Source: Candidatus Heimdallarchaeum aukensis
Lineage (GTDB): Archaea > Asgardarchaeota > Heimdallarchaeia > Heimdallarchaeales > Heimdallarchaeaceae
Length of the DNA: 64,000 nucleotides
Assembly: GCA_021513695.1 (NCBI GenBank)
Contig: CP084166.1
Location: 2,464,001-2,528,000 of the forward strand
Direction of reading: 5' to 3'
Shown: piece after piece, positions 58,516-64,000 of the stretch
Position numbering within the stretch: position 1 is the first letter of the stretch
How the letters are laid out: the number at the start of each line of letters is the position of its first letter
Notes under the pieces: model-generated
What the model was told of the DNA's origin: nothing
The model's database searches: none
What the model saw: the letters and a program-made list of their open reading frames with translations, nothing else
Position numbers and translations under genes: made by a program

Positions 58516-59122
58516 TTATGACCCAACAAGTTAGTTGTTAATTGGTAATATAATAAATCTTACTTAGATACTTTCATTCATACAATAATAAATATTTTTA
58601 TCTATAATAGTACTTCCGCAATAAGTTGACTGATTTCTATAGGTTAAAATTATAGGAGTTCATACTATCATTGGCGTGTTCTCAATTCATACTTTTTGAG
58701 ATAATTCGGAAGTACTACTATAAATCAAAAACGTTTTGTTTTTATTTTTTCTTCTATAGGTGAATTTGCTAAAATTGTTAGTTTTTTCACAGTAGAATTG
58801 GGTTACGCTTTTGTATGATTGAAGCATAAGGCTGATTCTTAATTTTTTTATATTCTATAAGCGTAAGTCAAAGCTTTTGAGTTATTATTTATTAATGAAT
58901 TATAAATTATACTGCATAAATAACCAGTACTTGCTGTAACAATACAAGCAATATGTTAATAAATAACAAAATCATAAATTCAAAAAAATAAAGTAGATTT
59001 AAAAACCTGTATAATAAATAAACTTAAGGAATAGAATTTAGATTAGGTTATTTTATAATAGGTATTTAATAATCATCAAATATTAACAAAACGTTTAAGT
59101 ATCGTTATTATTCCCTTTCTTT

Positions 59123-61267
59123 ATGGTTCAACCGAAGAAGCTTTATAGTTTTTTAGATTCAGAATTAAAAACTTATCAGTTTCCAGAATTTCAAAGACCA
59201 TATGTATGGGGCCAAAATGAGATATATGATTTAATTGATACAGTAGTAAGGGGATATTCTGTTGGATTGATACTACTTTGGGAAGGAGATAGTAATGCTC
59301 TGAATTATTCTCTTCGAGATTGGGTATCTCCTCCAAGCAATAGTGATCGTTTAAGACTAAAGTACATTCTAGATGGACAACAAAGAATAAAAACACTTTC
59401 AAGAACCTTCGGAATTGATTTTTTAGTCAATAATGGTTTTATGTCAGAAGTAAAAACTGATTCAATTCCAAGAGCACTCTCCAAATACCCATATTTTATT
59501 TTTCCATCTCGATCAAATTTCTTAAATGTTACAAAAAACAAAAAAAATCGCTGGGTTAGTTTCGATATTTTCTTAGATTTAGCTAAAGTTGACTTAAGTA
59601 AAGAAAAATGGTATGAACGCATATCTCCTGATTGCTGGGTTTCTTTATTGGATATTATGAGGATGAATTGGAAGAAGGAAGAAATAGCAGAATTTAGCAT
59701 ATTAACTGAGAAAAAAGGTCCACTTAATAATTTAGAATTTTTTATTGTTGAGTATAAAAATGGTAAAATTGAAAGAGATAACCCAAACAACAAGTGGTAC
59801 AAAAAACAAGAGGATGGTGTTCAAGATACAAACTTAGTAAAACCAATTAGATTCATTTACATTAACTCATTAGAAAATATAGAAGATATAATTAAATATT
59901 TTAGATTATATTACCAGTTAAACGGAAGTATTCAAATTTCTCAAGATAAAAATTTTCTACATTTAGAACTTAGGCGAGAATTGATTTCACTACTAAAAAT
60001 AAAGCCAACAGATATAGATTTATTATTTCAAGAAACAGAATCAGCAGAACTTACACAGTTAACGCATTACTTTTCTAGGTTAAATAGAGCTGGTGTGTTA
60101 CTGGATGTAGTTGATTTGCTTATAGCAAAAATTTATGGTGAGAGAAATGAGCCGTTTCCTTTGCGCAATATCTTACAGAACACCTTTAGCGATGATACTC
60201 TTCGAAATTTTTTTAATCTAAAAGATGATGATGACCCAAGTACAAAATTTAAACTATTATTACAAGTAGTTTCTCTTTACTTTTATAACAAACTATCTGA
60301 TGATGCAATATTAAAAATAACGCAGCAAAATTTGTTAGATTTTGAGTTTGAGAAATTCTCGATGACATCTATTCCAATAAATAAGAAAGTATTAATACGT
60401 GAATCATGGAGAAAAACAATAGAATTTTTGAGAGAGAAACTTGCTATAAATTCTATTTCTAAATTAAGGTATGACCGGTTGTTTGTTATATTAATGGCAC
60501 TTAATTATCATGTTTATAAAGAAGAAATACTAAACAAAAGCTATAGAGACTTATTTGAGAATGAGTTTGATGAGATTCTCAAAGTTTGGATACTAAGGGA
60601 ATCTATATCGTTCAATCTAGCAACTGGAAGTAATAAACCTCCTGAAAGATATAAAACATTTATAAATAAGAGTATACCTTCTATAATACGATGCATTGAA
60701 AATGAAGAAGAAATAAGTAGAAAAGAAATATTAGATGAAATATTCGTTCCCACTTTGTCAGATGAAAACTTATCAGATAAGGAGTTTGGAAAAGCTCTAA
60801 TGAGTATTTTGTTGAAAGAAAATGGGATTTACGATTTCTACGATAAAACATTGTCAAAAAAGATCACAACTTGTTCTCAAGTTATTGAAGATACAATAGA
60901 GCTACATCATATTTTTCCAAAAAATATGGTTAATGATGCCAATTTAAAGAGGGTATTTGATATAGGATTAAACTTGACACCTTTAAAGAAAAAGACTAAT
61001 AGTGATAAACTTGGTAATAAACACCCATTTAAATATATTCAAGAAATGATGGGGGAGATTCAAGATGAAGCTATATTCAACGAAATAATGAACTCTCATT
61101 GGTTGCCAGAATTAGAATGGTGGCGTGATATTATGCAAAAATACGATTATCCAGATAATGAAGATGCAATAAAAAATGTTGAGAAAATAAAAGAGCAATT
61201 TGATTTATTTATTGAAAAAAGAAAAGAAATTGTTTTAGATAAAATCAAACCCCTCTTATACTTATAG
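59123..61267 (+). CDS. DUF262 (ParB-like) plus DUF1524 (His-Me finger) protein; GmrSD-family type IV restriction endonuclease-like
   Basis: N-terminal YQFPEFQRPYVWGQNEIYDLIDTVVRGYSVGLILLW is the DUF262 (I/V)PxFQRxYxW signature. C-terminal IELHHIFPKNM...NLTPLKKKTN is DUF1524/HNH-like. Confidence 0.7.
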   Translation: MVQPKKLYSFLDSELKTYQFPEFQRPYVWGQNEIYDLIDTVVRGYSVGLILLWEGDSNALNYSLRDWVSPPSNSDRLRLKYILDGQQRIKTLSRTFGIDFLVNNGFMSEVKTDSIPRALSKYPYFIFPSRSNFLNVTKNKKNRWVSFDIFLDLAKVDLSKEKWYERISPDCWVSLLDIMRMNWKKEEIAEFSILTEKKGPLNNLEFFIVEYKNGKIERDNPNNKWYKKQEDGVQDTNLVKPIRFIYINSLENIEDIIKYFRLYYQLNGSIQISQDKNFLHLELRRELISLLKIKPTDIDLLFQETESAELTQLTHYFSRLNRAGVLLDVVDLLIAKIYGERNEPFPLRNILQNTFSDDTLRNFFNLKDDDDPSTKFKLLLQVVSLYFYNKLSDDAILKITQQNLLDFEFEKFSMTSIPINKKVLIRESWRKTIEFLREKLAINSISKLRYDRLFVILMALNYHVYKEEILNKSYRDLFENEFDEILKVWILRESISFNLATGSNKPPERYKTFINKSIPSIIRCIENEEEISRKEILDEIFVPTLSDENLSDKEFGKALMSILLKENGIYDFYDKTLSKKITTCSQVIEDTIELHHIFPKNMVNDANLKRVFDIGLNLTPLKKKTNSDKLGNKHPFKYIQEMMGEIQDEAIFNEIMNSHWLPELEWWRDIMQKYDYPDNEDAIKNVEKIKEQFDLFIEKRKEIVLDKIKPLLYL

Positions 61268-61699
61268 TTTCATTTTCATTTTTTTATACTTTATAAGATC
61301 AGTGTTTACTCAATAAAACTGTGTTACAGTTTTTTGCATTAGATAAACATCCTTTATTAGCTTGAATATAAGTTTTCATTTTCTTTAAATTTGAAGAATT
61401 ATTACCTAATAAAGGTTTTTTCACTTTTTACATGTGATCTTTTAAATATCTCTATTAAATGTTTAAAATAATATTTTTGAAGCTTTGCAATTCTTTGTAA
61501 ATGATTTTATTTAATCCTTCATTTATTTCAGTTTTAAAAATTCAAAACAATACTATTCTTGGTGTAAGCGAAATATAAAATTGAAAAAGCAGACTCTTTA
61601 ACTTGTGTAACCACATCTTAAAATCAATAGATGTAACTGTATACATATGAAATTGCTCTATACAAATCCAAAAAGAAGGATAATATGGATGCTTTTAGA

Positions 61700-62275
61700 C
61701 TATGCAAAAACGCTGTTAGGCTGTTTTTTATGTTGTTCGTATACACTTGGTAGAGTCTTTAATAGCCATTGATATAATTTCAGGAATTCTTTTGCCTCTG
61801 TTTCAATATATTCTATTATTTCATCATATTTTTTATCTTTATATAAATCAAGTATATCCTCTCCTGTTTTCTTTTTTTTGGTAAAAGTATCTAATCTAGC
61901 ACCTTTAAATGATCCTTTATTTAGTATAAATAAGGTAGAACTAATATCTACGTGGGGATGAGTTAATAATTTCTCTAATTCAATATTTAGACCATATTTT
62001 TTAGCTCTTTTAGACAATACGATAAAATCATATTTTAAATTGGAACCAACAGGTGTAAAATTCCATTTATCTTTTATGTTTAATTTTCTAAGAAATTTTT
62101 TTATTATTTCTTCTTCAGAATTTTCCCAACTTTTAAGAATAGTTAAAGGCTCTCCACTTAATTTTTTTCCTGTTTGCTGCAATATTTTTTGGTATTGTAT
62201 AGTGATAATTTCATAATTGTAAGAATCTTCTTCTTTTTTACCATATGTTTCAATATCAAAATAATATGTTGTCAT
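61700..62275 (-). CDS. DnaQ-like (DEDD, RNase-H-fold) 3'-5' exonuclease domain protein
   Basis: YYFDIETYG is Exo I D-x-E. GSNLKYDFIVL is Exo II. YKDKKYDEIIEY is an Exo III Y-x3-D candidate. Confidence 0.5.
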   Translation of the reverse strand: MTTYYFDIETYGKKEEDSYNYEIITIQYQKILQQTGKKLSGEPLTILKSWENSEEEIIKKFLRKLNIKDKWNFTPVGSNLKYDFIVLSKRAKKYGLNIELEKLLTHPHVDISSTLFILNKGSFKGARLDTFTKKKKTGEDILDLYKDKKYDEIIEYIETEAKEFLKLYQWLLKTLPSVYEQHKKQPNSVFA

Positions 62276-62499
62276 ATTATCATTATTTAATTTGAGAATA
62301 TTTAAATTAGTTGGTTTTAGTTGATAAACCTAGAAGAAAAAAGTAAATTTAACCTAAATTTAATAGAAAAGAAAGAATCAACAGAAGCAGAATTGGTTAG
62401 ATATAACTTATACTATAAAGGTTTGAATGTTTATTTTAAGTTAACACTGAAATTCAATTTTTCTTATTTCTCTTGTCTTTTATATTTTTCTTTATTTTT

Positions 62500-64000
62500 T
62501 CATTCTTCACAAGGCCCACCTACTATTTTTGAGTATGGGCAAGTTCTACATCTACTATACTCATCATCCTTATTTGGGTTTTTCACAAAGCCTTGTTCCA
62601 CATCAATTTTTATTCTGTTTTTAATAGCATCTTCAACTTGAGATTTGAAAGATTCAAGGTTATGATTTATTTTTACAACTTTGAATTGGGGATGTACAAA
62701 AACAATCAATGTTCCAATATCTTTGATATTTGGATAATTTTGTTTTAAAAGCCAAGCATATGTTGTTAGTTGATTCTCATACATTGTGTAGAGATCGCTG
62801 CTTTCATTTGGTGGATTTCCAGTTTTATAGTCAATGATTATCCATTTTTCTTCTTCAATTTTAAATAAAAGATCTATAGTTCCTGTTATTATAACGGGTT
62901 TATAATCATCGTAGGAAAATTTTGCTTGTAACTGATATTCTGTGAAAAAATCGGATGTTCTCTTATTGAAAAGATTTGAAATTGTTTTGTCTTTTAGATA
63001 AGAATTTATTATTTGTATAAGATGTTGTTTCGCATTATCAACTTGAATTTTACTAAGAATATTTAAAATAAGTTCAGAATCTATTTTTTCTTCTGAATTT
63101 ATTGCTTTATGAAATGATTCCATGAACAAATGGACTATATCTCCCCATTCTGCTGCTGAATTGATCCCCTTTGGAGGTGTTGTTCCTGGGGGTAAATGTT
63201 CCTCTCCAAATTTGCCAGATAAATAATAATTATCCACTTTATTTAAAACTGCATAGGCATATCTTCGGGGACAGAAAAGTAGATTGTAAAGTTCTTTTGC
63301 TGCAATAGATATGGGTACAAATTGTATATTTGCTAGTGTATTTAGTTTTTTAATTTTACTTCTTTTAACTTCTTTCTCATAATCTTTTTCTCTAAAAGAT
63401 AGAGGTTGATCTTCTTTAGGTGATGGCTTAATGATCTCTATTTTAATCTCTTCAACAATTTCTTTTTCTTCTAAACTATCGATAACTAGATTCTGTTCAT
63501 TCCAATTTAATGTTACATAAAAACAATCTCCTTCTGGGTTAAAATCTCTATTATTTAAAACTCCAAGTTTGTTTTGAATAGTATACATCCACCTAGTATA
63601 TTTATTTCCCTTAGGTTCTATAAGACCAAGATGAAAAATAAGATGATCTCTTGCTCTTGTAGTCGCAACATAAAAAAGGCGCCAAAATTCAGCAATATCT
63701 TTTTTGATAAATTGATTTAAAGGGTTGTTAAACTTAAAAACACCATTGTCTTCTCTTTTGTTACTAACCCAAAAGATTCCAGACGATAGATTACCAGGTA
63801 TTAATCTCTCTCCTGGGCCATTAATATCTTCTACTGTTTCTACATTAATATCAATTGGTTTAATAGCCACACCAATCTCTCTATCTAAAAATATTCTTTC
63901 CCTATAAGGGTCTCTTAATACATCTTTCACAAGCAGATCTGGAATAATTACTATTGGGAATTCAAGTCCTTTGCTTCTATGTATTGTCATTATTTTTACG
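62500..64000 (-). CDS. C-terminal part of a UvrD/PcrA-like SF1 helicase fused to a Cas4/AddB-type PD-(D/E)xK nuclease domain; the 5' end lies beyond the window
   Basis: - VKIMTIHRSKGLEFPIVII is helicase motif V/VI region, and LFYVATTRARDHLIF is motif VI.
- The nuclease domain has Cys in CPRRYAY plus a C-terminal CRTCPYSKIVGGPCEE cluster.
- The frame is still open at position 64000. Confidence 0.7.
   Translation of the reverse strand, partial: VKIMTIHRSKGLEFPIVIIPDLLVKDVLRDPYRERIFLDREIGVAIKPIDINVETVEDINGPGERLIPGNLSSGIFWVSNKREDNGVFKFNNPLNQFIKKDIAEFWRLFYVATTRARDHLIFHLGLIEPKGNKYTRWMYTIQNKLGVLNNRDFNPEGDCFYVTLNWNEQNLVIDSLEEKEIVEEIKIEIIKPSPKEDQPLSFREKDYEKEVKRSKIKKLNTLANIQFVPISIAAKELYNLLFCPRRYAYAVLNKVDNYYLSGKFGEEHLPPGTTPPKGINSAAEWGDIVHLFMESFHKAINSEEKIDSELILNILSKIQVDNAKQHLIQIINSYLKDKTISNLFNKRTSDFFTEYQLQAKFSYDDYKPVIITGTIDLLFKIEEEKWIIIDYKTGNPPNESSDLYTMYENQLTTYAWLLKQNYPNIKDIGTLIVFVHPQFKVVKINHNLESFKSQVEDAIKNRIKIDVEQGFVKNPNKDDEYSRCRTCPYSKIVGGPCEE

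Noticed and set aside
1-64000. CRISPR array or cas operon that would explain the two CARF proteins
   Set aside because: There are no regularly spaced direct repeats of 25-40 bp and no cas gene signatures anywhere in the window.

Overview
This window is AT-rich (roughly 30% GC) and most likely comes from a low-GC archaeon. The domain content is suggestive of Asgard or Lokiarchaeia, but that is an inference. Supporting signals are Sec-type signal peptides combined with C-terminal TM anchors on surface and solute-binding proteins, a Roadblock/LC7 protein, HerA and NurA, a TGT homolog and an archaeal-type IS6 element.

The first ~27 kb is largely housekeeping and envelope content:
- the tail of a beta-CASP MBL nuclease and a CrtI-like FAD oxidoreductase;
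- a 1288-aa surface protein with 279-bp tandem repeats, and a paralogous GH-like protein;
- PAP2, TauE/SafE and nitroreductase genes;
- an alkyl-DHAP-synthase-like FAD oxidase next to an FAD glycerol-3-phosphate dehydrogenase;
- a fragmented and internally inverted SBP_bac_5 solute-binding locus.

From ~27.4 kb to the end of the window there is a dense, IS-riddled defense island:
- (i) a Csa3-like CARF-wHTH regulator divergent from a prokaryotic viperin, in an operon with a Mokosh-like UPF1-type SF1 helicase, an unknown gene, a two-HKD PLD nuclease, a standalone CARF protein and a PIN-like protein;
- (ii) a three-gene operon (NERD nuclease-domain protein, repeat protein, DExH SF2 helicase) in which all three products share a C-terminal repeated module, with a diverged HNH nuclease alongside;
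- (iii) a five-gene operon ending in a NurA-like and HerA-like pair, preceded by a 1224-aa AAA_16/STAND-like P-loop NTPase with a long coiled-coil tail;
- (iv) a TGT-superfamily (DpdA-like) gene divergent from a DUF262/DUF1524 GmrSD-like type IV restriction enzyme;
- (v) a UvrD-like helicase-nuclease fusion, cut by the window end, with a DnaQ-like exonuclease.

Two IS families are present, each as two inverted copies with their own target-site duplications:
- an IS5/IS4-superfamily element of ~1 kb at 19.7 kb (decayed) and 56.3 kb (orfA/orfB with a -1 frameshift);
- an IS6-family element of ~762 bp at 38.3 kb and 46.6 kb.

No tRNA, rRNA or CRISPR array was found. One short GC-rich island at ~16.1-16.27 kb is a candidate structured RNA of unknown identity.
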